DNA of 64,000 bases from Leucoraja erinacea. Taxonomy: Eukaryota. This document shows, piece after piece, positions 11,956 through 24,339 of this stretch. Each line of letters begins with the position of its first letter. Positions within the stretch are counted from its first letter, which is position 1. Made by a program: the position numbers and the translations under genes. Location of the stretch: assembly GCF_028641065.1 (NCBI RefSeq), contig NC_073387.1, positions 21,266,001-21,330,000 of the forward strand, given 5' to 3'. The notes beneath the pieces were generated by a model. That model was not told the origin of the DNA, did not search any database, and was given only the letters and a program-made list of their open reading frames with translations.

Positions 11956-13217
11956 ATATATATACACACACACACATATCTATAGATATATATAGGCAGG
12001 CTTGAGGAGCCCAATGGCTTATTCCTGCTAATTTTCCTGAGGACAGGCGTATATTATGCTGTAGAAAGCTGTGGTGGGGAATGGCTTTGAGGAGGTGAGA
12101 ATGAAGGGCGTTTTTGTGATATGTTTTACAGTGCCGCCTATGGGTGAATTGAAAGAGTATAAATCGTAAAAGGTGCTAGTTAGTGTGTGAAACAATGTGA
12201 TATTTAGGTACAGGACACATCATTTGCTGAAAATCTCAAACAAAGGAGATTGCTTGGCATACTCAGGTCACACAGTTTCAATTGGTGAATACAAAAACGC
12301 GAATTATTGTGCATCGATTGTGAAAAAAGCGAATTATTGTGTCTCGATTAGCAAGCTCAAATATGAAAAGGCAATGGTAGTTATCTGACATTGTTAATTT
12401 GATTTACGAAGGCTGAAGTTTGCTGATACGAACGATGAGATGATGCTTCCTGAGCTCATTATTTTTTTTGGAAGAAGGAGTGGGAGTCGAGAAATTAAGT
12501 GAAGGGGACAGCATGCGGGGTCGCAGTGATGAGCTAAGCCGGAATATTCAACAAAGTGGTCCCTGAATCTACATTTATACTTAACATTCTAGATTGTGCG
12601 TACCTCACGCAATGTGCTAGTTTGGAAGAAGAACAGTTGAATTGGTGTGTCACCCGAGAGAACTGCTTCAGTCTAGGAGACGTCCGTGATGTCACCTGAT
12701 CACAGCCACGGGTGTTGGTAAGCAGGATGAAAATGCCTCCCAAAATCATGAGCATTTCGAAAACACTGCTGAAAGCGATTTTACCAGAATATACTTCATC
12801 GCAAATTCACAACATTGTCTATTTAGCTCCGAAACCAAAATTCCGAATTAAGGTCTGTTGTGTTACGTGTGCCTTGATATATTCATGTTTCACGGGCACT
12901 ATGGCTGTGCTTGGCCAGGCCGACCCTGGAACGCCGCCAGGACGATGCGGCTTCGTGGCCAGGCCAGGAACCACGGCACTTACAACACAGGGACTTGAAC
13001 ATTTTGCCTAAAACTGACAATTCTGTATACTGTCTCAGTGTACTACTACTATACATTTGTACTGCATCTGGTGCTGGTCTGGCATACATCTAAGTGATCA
13101 TGCATAGTTATACATGTTCTGGACTGTATAAAAATGAATTTCACTGTGCCTGTAGCACCATTGAAATATTGAACCTTTCCAAATAAAACACATGAGGATT
13201 TTATTTTCAATTTAAAA

Positions 13218-15683
13218 TCATCTCACCTCAGGAACGTTGTATTTTTCATAATTCGCCATCTCAGCATGTCCTTTCCCAACAGACTCATTCAGCACGCAAT
13301 TGTCTGCAGTCATCCTGCACCTATTGGGGACGAGGACATCTCTCTTGGCGGACTGCAACGTCGAACATGACTCATAGCGGAAACTTTGGGAAAGTGGATC
13401 GCCCCCAAATACCTCGACATAGTTTGGCGGTATCTGAAGACTTTTGCTGGCCTTCTGAATTCCATTCAAAGAGTTTCGTGATTGTAAAAAACAACAAGAA
13501 CCCAGGGAACGGTGCTGGTATACCATCCCATCCCTGTTTTTGTGAACTATAAGAGCGAGGATGACTAAAATGATGAGGAAAATGATAGATGTTATTCCCA
13601 AGGCCACAACCAAGGAAAAGCTGAGTTCAGGGGTGAATCTGGGATTTGAAGACGAACTGCTGACAATGGAGAACGTCTCAGTATCAGTGCCAACCACAGA
13701 TAATACTATCGTCACGGTGGCAGAGAGCGATGGAATTCCATTATCTTTTACCACAACAACTAGCCTTTGATTAGATGCATCCTTGCTCGAAATGGTACGG
13801 ATTGTCCAAATTTCTCCTGTGTCTGCGGCAATGGTAAAAATATTATGATGTGTGGCCTGAAAAATCTGATAAGATAGACGAGCATTTTGACCAGCATCAG
13901 CATCAGTGGCTGAGACCTTGATAACCAAGTATCCTGGTTCTGCAAACCTCGATATTGTTTCCATCGCTGTTGAACCATATTCTGGTAAAGGATGTATAAT
14001 CACTGGAGCATTGTCATTCTGATCAAGGATAACAATATTCACCGAAGCATTACTCGTCAGCGCTGGCGCACCAGAATCCTGCACTTGAACGTGGATTTGG
14101 AAGTTTTTCAGTCGTTCGTAGTCGAAAGATCTCTGAGCATATATGACACCATTCGCTGCATTGATTGAGACATAATAAAGTATTGAAGCATTCTGAACAT
14201 GTGACTCCAGGATAGAAAAATTCAGTCGTGCGTTTTCGCCTACGTCTGAATCGAAGGCCGTCATGGAAAATATAGAAGCCCCAATAATATTGTTTTCCAG
14301 AACATTTGCTGTGTATACTGGGCGAGAAAATCTTGGTGCGTTGTCGTTTATGTCTGTAACCTCTACCCGGATGGTTTTCCTGGAAGTGAGTGCGGGCCGT
14401 CCGGCATCCATGCATGTTATAGTAATATCATACTTGGGGGTACTTTCTCGATCCAGCAAACGCTTTGTAAGAATTCTGTAATAGTTATTTATGGAGGAAT
14501 CTAACTTAAAGGGCAACTGATTTGAAATATGACACTGTACCTGACCATTTGGCCCCGAATCTCTGTCTCCTGCACTGAACAGTGCCACAACAGTGCCAAG
14601 TGGAGAGTTCTCGGTAATTGTACTTGAAGAAGATCGTAACATCACCTCCGGCGCGTTATCATTCACATCGACAATTTCAACAACGACGTCGCAGTACTCG
14701 GGTATTGCGCCAGAACCCTTGTCTATTGCTTGTATGTTAATCTCAAATGCACTGCTGTCTTCATAATCTAAGTTTCCCTTCAGTCTGATTTCACCAGTCT
14801 GGGGGTTCAAATCAAAAATGTTACGGGCTGTAACTGAAATATGGCTATTGAAAGAGTACATCACCTCACCATTGGTACCGTCGTCCAGGTCAGTGGCGTT
14901 TAATCTGATAATCAGGGTCCCTTTCGGCGCATTTTCCAAAAGGCTGACTCTGTAAACCGGCTGAGAGAAAACAGGCGCATTGTCGTTGGTATCCTTTACT
15001 ATGACCACAATCTGAACCGTACCCGATCTAGGGGGCAAGCCTCCGTCCTTGGCTGTTAGCGTCAGATTGTGGGTTGGCACCATTTCTCTGTCCAAGGACT
15101 TTTCTAACAACAAAACGGGCCGCATTCCCTTCCCTCTGCGCTTTTGTTCGTCGAGAGTAAAATACTCATTCGGTTGTAGCTGGTAACTTTGCAAGGAGTT
15201 AGTGCCAATATCTTCGTCCTGTGCGGTTTCAAGGGGAAATCGCATTCCCGGTGTCGCAGACTCCCAAATTTCAAGCCGAAAATTGCTTTGGGGGAAAACG
15301 GGAGCATTGTCATTTACATCGACAATCTCCACTTCCACTGGGTACAGACTCAAGGGATTTTCAAGCACAATATCCAAGGGCAAGCGACAGTCGAGGTTCG
15401 ACCCACAAAGCAGTTCTCTGTCGATAATTTCCTTCACAAACAAAATACCATTCTCCAAATTTACGTCGAAATAGCACTTCTTCAGATTGGGCGCTACCCG
15501 CAAACTGCGAGTCGCCAGCTGCTGTACATCTAAACCTAAATCGGCTGCGATTTTCCCAACAAAGGCTCCCTGTTGCAGTTCTTCAGGTATAGAATAACGA
15601 ATCTGACTCGACACAATATCCCACGGAAAGAACATCCAGCATAACAATTGGCATTTTAGCAACCACTGTATTTGATATCTCAT
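13218..15683 (-). CDS. Clustered protocadherin variable exon B, intact
   Basis: 821-aa ORF with signal peptide, six EC repeats (PE, DRE/DYE, DxNDN, AxDxG motifs), TM and conserved SLNGIQKAS..VFGGDPLSQSFRYESC. Phase-0 donor GAG|GTGAGA at 13227/13226. Confidence 0.97.
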   Translation of the reverse strand: MRYQIQWLLKCQLLCWMFFPWDIVSSQIRYSIPEELQQGAFVGKIAADLGLDVQQLATRSLRVAPNLKKCYFDVNLENGILFVKEIIDRELLCGSNLDCRLPLDIVLENPLSLYPVEVEIVDVNDNAPVFPQSNFRLEIWESATPGMRFPLETAQDEDIGTNSLQSYQLQPNEYFTLDEQKRRGKGMRPVLLLEKSLDREMVPTHNLTLTAKDGGLPPRSGTVQIVVIVKDTNDNAPVFSQPVYRVSLLENAPKGTLIIRLNATDLDDGTNGEVMYSFNSHISVTARNIFDLNPQTGEIRLKGNLDYEDSSAFEINIQAIDKGSGAIPEYCDVVVEIVDVNDNAPEVMLRSSSSTITENSPLGTVVALFSAGDRDSGPNGQVQCHISNQLPFKLDSSINNYYRILTKRLLDRESTPKYDITITCMDAGRPALTSRKTIRVEVTDINDNAPRFSRPVYTANVLENNIIGASIFSMTAFDSDVGENARLNFSILESHVQNASILYYVSINAANGVIYAQRSFDYERLKNFQIHVQVQDSGAPALTSNASVNIVILDQNDNAPVIIHPLPEYGSTAMETISRFAEPGYLVIKVSATDADAGQNARLSYQIFQATHHNIFTIAADTGEIWTIRTISSKDASNQRLVVVVKDNGIPSLSATVTIVLSVVGTDTETFSIVSSSSSNPRFTPELSFSLVVALGITSIIFLIILVILALIVHKNRDGMVYQHRSLGSCCFLQSRNSLNGIQKASKSLQIPPNYVEVFGGDPLSQSFRYESCSTLQSAKRDVLVPNRCRMTADNCVLNESVGKGHAEMANYEKYNVPEVR

Positions 15684-15877
15684 TGCCGGTAGAAGTCATT
15701 CCAATGGTTTCAGGCGCAGGGTGATTTTTCCATTGTTCCTTTAACATTCATTTCGTATTAGCAAGAACCACGGGATAAAGAATATACTCGTACCTTTTGC
15801 GAATCTCTCGATTTATTTCATTCCAACACTCGCATTTTGTCCCCAGTTGCTGGAGTATTCCTGTAAAAAATCCCACG

Positions 15878-16034
15878 GAGCTGCTCGCTATCGGGTCTTC
15901 ATTGTGTCTGATTTTACGTGATGGCGGCCGTGTCGGGAAGGGGCTGTCCAGATCACTAATCAAACCTCAGCTCCCGATTGGTGCAGAACCTCATTGATAT
16001 TCGACCAATGTGGGCTCTGCTCGTTTCTTAAAGC
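15878..16034 (-). promoter_or_regulatory. Conserved promoter module of Pcdh exon B
   Basis: GAGCTGCTCGCTATC 15878-15892, GATTGG 15976-15981, CCAAT 16005-16009, TTCTTAAAGC 16025-16034. Confidence 0.78.
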
Positions 16035-16255
16035 AAGAACTACTTAAAAGCACAGGAACATACAGTTACTGGTCAGCAGTTAAAATGTATTTCTGCATTG
16101 CGGGTGTTTTTCTGTTCTCTGATTAGTGGTCGGTTAATTTGAGGTCTTGGAAACCAGTTAAACTAATATGTTAAAGACGAAGTGTGAAAAAAACTATTGA
16201 TGATGAGAAAATAAACAGAAAAAGACAGAGCCACATTGAGCTCGACAAAGTAAAT

Positions 16256-16350
16256 CTGATGAAGGGTCTCGACCTGAAACGTCACCAATTCCTTTTCTTC
16301 AGAGATGCTGCCTGACCCCCTGAGTTACTCCAGCATTTTGTGTCTATATT
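16256..16350 (+). mobile_element. Short Penelope-derived repeat carrying a minimal hammerhead ribozyme motif
   Basis: CTGATGA(16256-16262), stem II agggtc-tc-gacct, GAAAC, GTC(16281-16283), then the family body agagatgctgcctgac...gagttactccagcattttgtgtcta. Related copies near 17630-17720, 27066/27717, 34440, 41770, 44099, 52220 and 56135. Confidence 0.6.
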
Positions 16351-16849
16351 CAAAGTAAATCGATTATTCGTACTCCAATGATGATTCCTTTCTGATTTCG
16401 GAATCACATTGTCTGTTGAGTGTCATTCTAGGGAAGCAGGTTATGCGTTCATGACACATGATGCATCAAAGAAAGGTTTTATTGAGATGTACTTAATTTT
16501 CGAACTGAGCTTCATGTTGGCGTTTTACCATTAATTAATAAACTATTGTAAAAACTTGATATTAGAATCATGAAATAAAAGCAGTACTTTCTGGAAATAG
16601 TCAGTTAACCGCGGAAAGGGAAAGCTTCTTTGGCACTTTGATTTAAAGAACTTGTCACAAACTTTCACATTCCAATATCACATTATAATATCGGTGTCTC
16701 CGTTAATGACACGGATGTTTGACATGATCACGAATTTTAACTGTAATTTCCATTATTGATAAACTATTAATTTCGACCGATAATTTCAGGTTATGATATA
16801 CAATTACCACCACAAAGTTCACCATATGTACTCTTGCCTCTGTCAGTGG

Positions 16850-17175
16850 ATTTAGACTTTCGATTTTAGAGATGCAGGTATATAAGCTCTTCGGCCCATC
16901 GAGTCCGCGCCGAGCAGCGTTCCCTTCATACCGTATCATTATCCTGAACACTGGGAATTTGTTTTTACAATTTTAAAAGCCAATTTTAAAAGAGCCAATT
17001 AACATAGAAACCGGTGCGTCTTTGGAATGTGTGTGTGTGTGGGGAGGAGAATGTACAAACCCACGCGGTTACAGGGAGAAGGTACAAACTTCGTACAGAC
17101 AGCACACTAAGTCAGGGCGGAACCCGGGTCTCTGGCGCTATAAGGCAGAAACTCTACCCGTGCGCCACTGTGCCC
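16850..17175 (-). mobile_element. HE1-like SINE
   Basis: gccaattaacatagaaacc...cgtctttggaatgtg; tRNA-like head ending at ...ctctacccgtgcgccactgtgccc. Confidence 0.75.
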
Positions 17176-17872
17176 TTTCGTGGACGAGCTCGCGCAAAAT
17201 GGTGCTTAGTTGCTTGTTTCTGTTAATATACGGCCATATCTTCGCTGTCCAAGCTGCAATGTTTGCCGCAGATATCAAAGTCATGCGTTGAAATCTGTGT
17301 TCTCACGTTGAAATCATCTTTAATGGTTACTTACAAACACAGAACTGAAGGTTACATGGAGGTTATTGAGAACATGTATCATTTTATATTTTGGATCCCA
17401 TCAGCTACAACAAGTACGTTGGGAAACGAAGGCAAGTGCAACCTGAATTATGTTGTGGAGGAATAATTACCGAGTATATCCTGGAATTATTCAAACAAGG
17501 TTGGTCAAGCCCGTTACTCGAATCTGCCAGTAGTGGTCTCCATGCCTGTATTTTGTAGGTCCAGATACCAAAAACGTTTCAGCGCTGTATCTCTAAACTT
17601 AACAGAACGTACCTGTTAAAACTTCGAAGGTGACAAAATGCGGGAGAAACTCGGCGGGTGAGGCAGCATATATAAATCGAAGGAATGGGTGACGTTTTGG
17701 GTCGCGAACCTTCTTCAGACTTAAAACTTGGAATGATTTGCCACAATGTGGACTTGTACCAGGCATTGATTCGTCATTAGCTTTTCTAACCCAATACATT
17801 AGTGCTCGTTATAGTGATGGAGTAATATCTCATCTGCTTAACAGGCAACTTCACCTGAGTCAAAAAGATATG

Positions 17873-17875
<3 letters not shown>

Positions 17876-17925
<50 letters not shown>
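17876..17925. repeat. Poly-C run
   Basis: About 50 consecutive C. Confidence 0.95.
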
Positions 17926-17927
<2 letters not shown>

Positions 17928-18389
17928 GATGATGCTTTCGACTTTTGAAGGTCTTCAACAAAAGTCTAAAATATTCATCTTTCCTCCCAGAATGTATTGC
18001 AACGACTATGTGAGGTACTGCTCATATATAGACTGCTTAAACATCTGCGAAATCTCTGTATCTGAAATCTAAGCGAACCATGGCAATTAATGCAAATGTG
18101 AGTAGTAATATCCAAAATTCTTCCAGCCAAACTATTATGACCTGAAATAACCATTACAATAATCACTGTTAAAATCCTAAAACAAATAGATGACGGTACT
18201 GGCCATCATATTGATAATAGTAATTTAAGAATGTGGTTCATTATTGACATCTCAAGTGCAATGAAGGATAAACAATAAATTCAGCGACATGTTTTCGATG
18301 GGAAAACATTTCAGTTTTTGTGGCGCACCACGAAATGCCTTTGAGATGCCTTGCAAATAGGGATAGAAATAGTAACATAGTTTCACCGA

Positions 18390-18770
18390 ATAGCGAAAGG
18401 CCTGGATAGAGTAGACGAACAGTGAAAGGCCTGGACAGAGTAGACGTGGTGAGGATGTTTCCTCTAGTGGGAGAGTCCAGGGCCAGAAACCATAGCCTCG
18501 GAATATAAAGACGTACCTTTGCTAATGAGATGATGTGGAATTGCTTTTGTCAGAGGGTGATGATTCTGCGAAATTCATTGCCACAATAGGCTGTGGAGGC
18601 CAGGTCAACTGATATTTGAAGGTGGAGATTGACAGGTTATTTATTAGTATGGGTGTCAATGGTTATGGGGAGAATGGGGTTGAGAGGTTAAGATCGATTA
18701 ACCATGATTGAACGGCGGAGTAGGCCATATAGGCCAAATGGCTTCATTCTGCTGCTACAACTTATGAACG
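18390..18770 (+). mobile_element. CR1 LINE 3' fragment
   Basis: ggcctggatagagtagacg...aggatgtttcctctagtgggagagtccag...ggttatggggaga; similar to 23560-23925. Confidence 0.8.
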
Positions 18771-19699
18771 TTATTGTAACAACTCAACAGTGAATAAAGG
18801 TGATAAATGAACATTCAGCAGATAACCAAATGAACGAGAATAAATTTCTGCTGGTCGCGTTTGTTTGGTGGTTAGGTATGCGCACAAAGCTCTTCCCAAA
18901 ATATGAAAGGGTTAAACCGTGGAGCTCAATCATAGTTAACCTATCACAGGCATCAAACACATTACCATGAAGAAAATATAGATTGTATTTCGTGGCGCGT
19001 TTCGCGTCAGTATCGGGAGTACCCGAAGCATTTTCAGAAGAGAAAATATTTCGGGAATATCATTGTGTTGCAAATTATGGAAATGCTGCAGCGAAATTAC
19101 GCACCACTAGCACCTACCAGCAGTGCAATAATAACCTGACGGCAGATTTATTTTTAATTTAAAAGATCTATAGGAGTTACGTGCCACCCACTTCACTCTC
19201 TTGGATAATAAACATTGAGACCATTGCACTCTGCAAACTAATAAAAACGCGCGCTTTCTCCGCCCACCCACACGGCCTGAAGGAGTACAGCCGTTTGGAC
19301 AATAGGTTTCTCCAATGTGTCATGGTAGATATTTTTTGCGCACTCTTCATAAAGAGAGGTGGTTGAAATCTGCCCTGGTTCATATACCAGACTACTACAA
19401 ATTGAATGGCAAGATTATAACGCATGTTCAGAAATAGCTAACATATTATAGTGTAATTAAAAAAAAACATTGGCTGATCCCTGTTTAAACCGTTCTGTTT
19501 TAAACTATATTCATCAATAAAACTATTTGCAGGAGATTTCACAGCACATAAACGAGAAAGAAACAATAACCGCAGGAAAATGACACTTGTGCAGGAAGGT
19601 CCCAATTCTATACCAAGCCATTTTCAATTCCGTAAAACAGTTCGATCTGAATTCAAGCCCAATACGTTTTTCTTCCTTTCTTACGATAGCTTCTCTTCA

Positions 19700-21300
19700 C
19701 TGCTCAGTTCGGAACGGCATGTCATAGAATTCATCATGTCAGTTGTTTACCTTTCGGATACGGTCGTTCGAGACTATATTCATGCCTGTGAAGTATCTGC
19801 AAACTTTGAAACACGGCATCGTGTCCTCGTCGACTGCAGCGTTGAACATAACTCATAGGGAAAACTCTGAGAAAGGGGAGCAACTCCCAATACCTGATCG
19901 TAGTCCCGATCTAAAAGCGTCCGCTGGCATTTCGAATTAATCTGAACGAATGCTAGCTATCAAACCAACAGCGGAGAACCACTGGAACATTGCTATCTTA
20001 TCTTAATTTTCCCTTTTTTTTTAAATCGTAACACTGGGGAAATGAAAATTAAAATACATTTTATAGATGTGGTCTCCAAGTCCACGAATGAAGAGCTCAA
20101 CTCAGGAGTAAAACCAGGACAATCAGAGAAGAAAACTAGTATCACTGGGGAATATTTTACATTCATCGCCGTGACCGTCACAGATAATACATGATAATGG
20201 AAGGAAGGAAAAGGAATCTGTTATTTTTTACCATTACTTTCAAACTCTGATTGGGGCAACCATATTCTCTATATGACAGTGAGGGCAGTGGAATGGAGCC
20301 GCAAGTAAATGCAGATACTGGGATCTTGAAATAAAAAAAAGTATTGGAGGTATCCAGAGGGTCCTGTGGAGGGAATGGATATAAGACATTTCGATTAGCG
20401 ACGTGTTCAGTCTGAAGAAGTGTCAGGATGGGACATTCATTCAACCGATGCTACCTGGCCTCCTCCAGGTCTTTGCGTTTTGCTCATTGATGGAGTGGCG
20501 CAGGACTCCGGAATCCTTCAGCTGAAGAGGAATCCGCCACCATCCCCTCACACCCCCCCCCCCCCCCCCCCTCTCCTAGTTGATCCGAATCAAAAGATAA
20601 GGGGAAATAATGACACACATATGAAAATGAATGGATACGCGAGAGGAGATTGATGACCCCAGAATTTCAGAATGAAAAATATCACTCTTCTATTCTGTCA
20701 TATTTCTCGATCATAAGCATTCAAGGAGAATATAGATGCTTCAATAACATTGTTATCAGTGGCTGTTATCATGCATACAGACTGCGTAAACGGTGGCTCC
20801 TTCCCCGAAATATTTACTCGAACGCTTTTGTTTAATGCGCGTGAAGACTTTTTAGCACCAGTGGACGTTGGAATGATATCATACAGGAGAGATCTTCACG
20901 ATCCAATGGCTTTTTCGTAAAGAGTCTACAACATCTCCCGGTCTCTACTGTAAGAATGTTGGGAGCAGTAGGCATACGAGAGTATCGTCTTCCTTAAACA
21001 TCCCATTTATTCACATCCTAGTTAGTTAACCTGATAATAAATCACAATATTTTCATAATCAATGACTAAACACTCCCCAAGTAGTACCCAGAACGGAAAT
21101 GTGATGTGCCGTTATCGGAAGCTCACAAGCCTGTTTTCGAGGGAAATGACGACGGGTTGAAAGTCTTGCCCAAGGCAACTACATCAACATTTGATGATTG
21201 AATAGAGATACACAGGTTAAGTTGAGGCGCAATTAGCGCAAGATCCGTTGTGAGACTAATCGTACGGTCTGAATACGAAATTGATTTTACTGCGAGGATA
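19700..21300 (-). pseudogene. Decayed protocadherin variable exon (EC4/EC5, EC6-TM and cytoplasmic remnants; possibly EC1 at 21180-21290)
   Basis: 19830-19905 aligns to the B cytoplasmic block (gactgcagcgttgaacataactcata vs gactgcaacgtcgaacatgactcata). ORF 19993-20181 PGFTPELSSSFVDLETTSI matches B PRFTPELSFSLVVALGITSI. 20725-20795 (ggagaatataga...tacagactgcgtaaac) matches A 4909-4976. 20873-20930 matches B ~14422-14480. Confidence 0.8.
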
Positions 21301-21324
21301 ACACTTTGCACTTCCATCATTACA

Positions 21325-23925
21325 GCCAATGCTACGGTGGTCGTGGGGGGGACTTCAATATGCAGGTAGACTGTGAAAATCACGTTGGTACTGGACCCCA
21401 GGAAAGCAAATTTGTAGATTGCCTCTGAGGGATTCTTAAAGCAGCTTGTAGTGGAGCCTACCAGGGAAAAGGCAAATTTGGAGTTACTGTTATGTAATCA
21501 ACCGGATTTGATCAGGGAACTCGAGGTAAAGGAACTGTTAGGAGGTATCGACCACAATATAATACGTTATCATCTGCAATTTGAGAGGGAGAAGGTGATA
21601 TCAGACGTTTCGGTATTGCAACTGGGCAAAGATTACTACAGATGCATGAGTGAGCAGCTGGCCAAAGTTGACTGGAAAAGGGACCCTAGCAGGGATGACG
21701 GTGGAACTGTAACGGCAGGAATTTCTGGGCATGATCCAGAAGATGCGGGATCTTTTCATTCCAAAGAGGAAGAAATATTCTAAGGAGAGAAACACAAGGC
21801 GACCGTGGTTGATAAGGGAAGTCAAGGACAGTATAAAACTAAAAGAGAAGGCGTATAACATAACAAAGACTAGTGGGAAGCCACCGGCTGGGAAGCTTTT
21901 AAAGAACAACAGAGAGTAACTAAAAATACAACACGGGGAGAAAAGATGAAACAGGAAAGTAAGCTAGCCAAAATATAACAAAGGATAGCAAGGGTTTTTC
22001 AGTTTATACAGTATAAAGAACAAGAAAGAGGCAAGAGGGGACGTTGGACCGCTGGAGAGTGGATGCGCGAGAGTGTGATAATGGGGAATATAGAAATTGA
22101 ATAACTTTTTTGTATCAATCTTCACAGTCAGGGGATATGGGGAGAAGGCAGGAATGGGGTACTGATTGGGGATGATCAGCCATGAATGATCACATTGAAT
22201 GGCGGTCTGGCTCGAAGGGCCGAATGGCCTACTCCTGCACCTATTATCTATTGGAAGACACCAGCAACGTGCCTGGAATTAAAGAATCGGGGGATGGTAG
22301 TTAGTGGAGTGCCTATTACTAGGGAGAAGGAGCTTGGGAAGCTGAAATGGTAAACAGGCATAAGTCACCTGGACCGGATGGCCTGCACCCTAGGCTTCTG
22401 AAAGAGGTGGCTTTAGATATTGCAGAGACATTGGTAGTGATATTTCAGGAATCACTAGTGTCAGGAGTGGGCCCAGATGATTGGACAATTGCCAATATTA
22501 TCCCACTGCACAAAAAGGGAGCAAGGCAAAATAGTGGGAACTATAGGCCAGTTAGACTGACTTCGGTGGTTGGTAAGACTGTTATAGTCCATTATAAAGG
22601 ACGAGGTTACGGAGTACTTGGAAGTTTACCATAAAATAGGCCGAAGTCAGCATGGATTTGTGAAGGGGAGGTCTTGCTTGACAAATATGCTGGAATTCTT
22701 TGAAGAAATAAATAGGAGGACGGACAAAGGAGAGTGAGTAGATGTTGTTTACTTAGATTTTCAGAAAACATTTGATAAGGTGCCACTCGTTAGGCTGCGT
22801 AGGAAGATGAGAGCCCACGGTATCAAAGGGCAGATACTAGCATGGATAGCGGGTTGGTTGCTTTGCAGAAGACAAATAGTGGCAATAAAGGGGGGCTTTT
22901 TTGATTGGCTGCCAGTGGAGTTCCGCAGGGGTCCGTGCTGGGCCCGCTATTCTTCATGTTGTATATTAATGGTTAGGACGAGAGGATTGAAGGCTTTGTG
23001 GCAAAGTTTGCGGATGATGCTAAAATGGGTGGAAGGGCAGTTAGTGTACAGAAAGGAGGGACTCTGCAGAAGGGCTTGGACATGTTGTGAGAGTGGACAG
23101 AGAAGTGGCAGATGGAATATAGTGCAGCAATGTGGAGTCATGCATTTTGGTAATAGGAATAATAGCGTAGACTATTTTCTAAATGGGGTGAGAATCCAGA
23201 AATCGGAGGTGCAAAAGGACTTGGGAGTGCTGGTGAGGGATTCTCAAGATCTTACGCTGCAAGTCGAATCGGTAGTACAGAAAGCAGTCCATGCTACCAT
23301 TTATTTCAAGAGGGCTTATATACAAAAACAGGAATCTGATTTTGAGGCTCTCTAAGCCGCTGGTGAGGCCGCACGTGGAATATTGTGAGCAATTTTGGGC
23401 ACCATATCTGATGAAAGGTGTGCTGGCTCTCGAGAGGGTCCAGAGGAGATTTTCAAGAATGCTCCCAGGAATGATTGGGTTAACCTGTGATGCGCGTTTG
23501 GCGGCACTGGGAATGTACTCGCTGGAATTTAGAAGAATGAGGGGGAACCTCATTGAAAGATACAGAATAGTGAAAGGCTTGGATGGAGTAGATGTGGAGA
23601 AGATGTTTCTACTAGTGGGAGAGTCTGGGAATAGAGGTTATAGCCTCAGAATTAAGGAACGTTCTTTTAGAAGGACACGAGGAGAAAATTCTAGTCAGAT
23701 GGTGGTGAATCTGTGGAATTCTTTGCCACAGAAGGCTGTGGAGATGAAGTCAGTGGATATTTTTAAGGCAGAGAAAGATAGAGTCTTGATTAGTACAGGT
23801 GTCAGAGGTTATGGGGAAAAGGCAGGAGAATGGGGTTGGGAGGGAGAGATAGATCAGCCATGATTGAATGGCGGAGTAGACTTGATGGGCCGAATGGCCT
23901 AATTCGATTCCTATTCCTTATGACC
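21325..23925 (+). mobile_element. Degenerate CR1 LINE (endonuclease end + RT), with a nested CR1 3' tail at ~22129-22251
   Basis: ORF pieces MEPTREKANLEL, KSPGPDGLHPRLLKE, NYRPVRLTS, RPHVEYCEQFW, VVNLWNSLP. Many stops and frameshifts. Confidence 0.93.
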
Positions 23926-24339
23926 TTACCCTTGGGTCATCAGGAAGCCAAACAAAAGCATGCGTAAAGATTGGCGACCATTTTACAACTTGGGCTATTC
24001 CAAGACCATTAAATAATCCTGGACCATTCGCGGACCCATGCGGCAACCAATAAATTACTTCTTGAAGTTTGGTGAGAAATACTCTCAGACTCTGCAAAGA
24101 ACAGTGCTATAATGACACAAGATATGTTTGCAGAAACTGTTTGCAGAAACTGTTTGCAGAAAGGGGGACAACATATTAACCTTGACACGGGAGAAATCTA
24201 TCCTGTACATTTACAAATTACAGAGCTAAATATTCCCAGTACTAAAACACATGTAGCCCGCAATTTTGCAAATAGCGACACTTAAAGTTAAACGAAGTGA
24301 TTTGGAGACGAGAATCATCTCAATCAAAGCAAAGCAACG

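Noticed and set aside
11884-12005. Palindrome tcaagcctgccta...(TA)n...taggcaggcttga
   Set aside because: It abuts the N gap and surrounds a TA microsatellite, so it is probably a fold-back or assembly artefact.
11523-12014. ORFs crossing the N run
   Set aside because: Artefacts of the gap.
13218-15683. Assigning gene symbols such as PCDH10 or PCDHGC5
   Set aside because: These are lineage-specific cluster paralogs; orthology cannot be determined without a phylogeny.
24126-24162. (tgtttgcagaaac)x3 where the orphan promoter's ATG would be expected
   Set aside because: A short slippage repeat within an old repeat-like segment; no exon start is recognisable.
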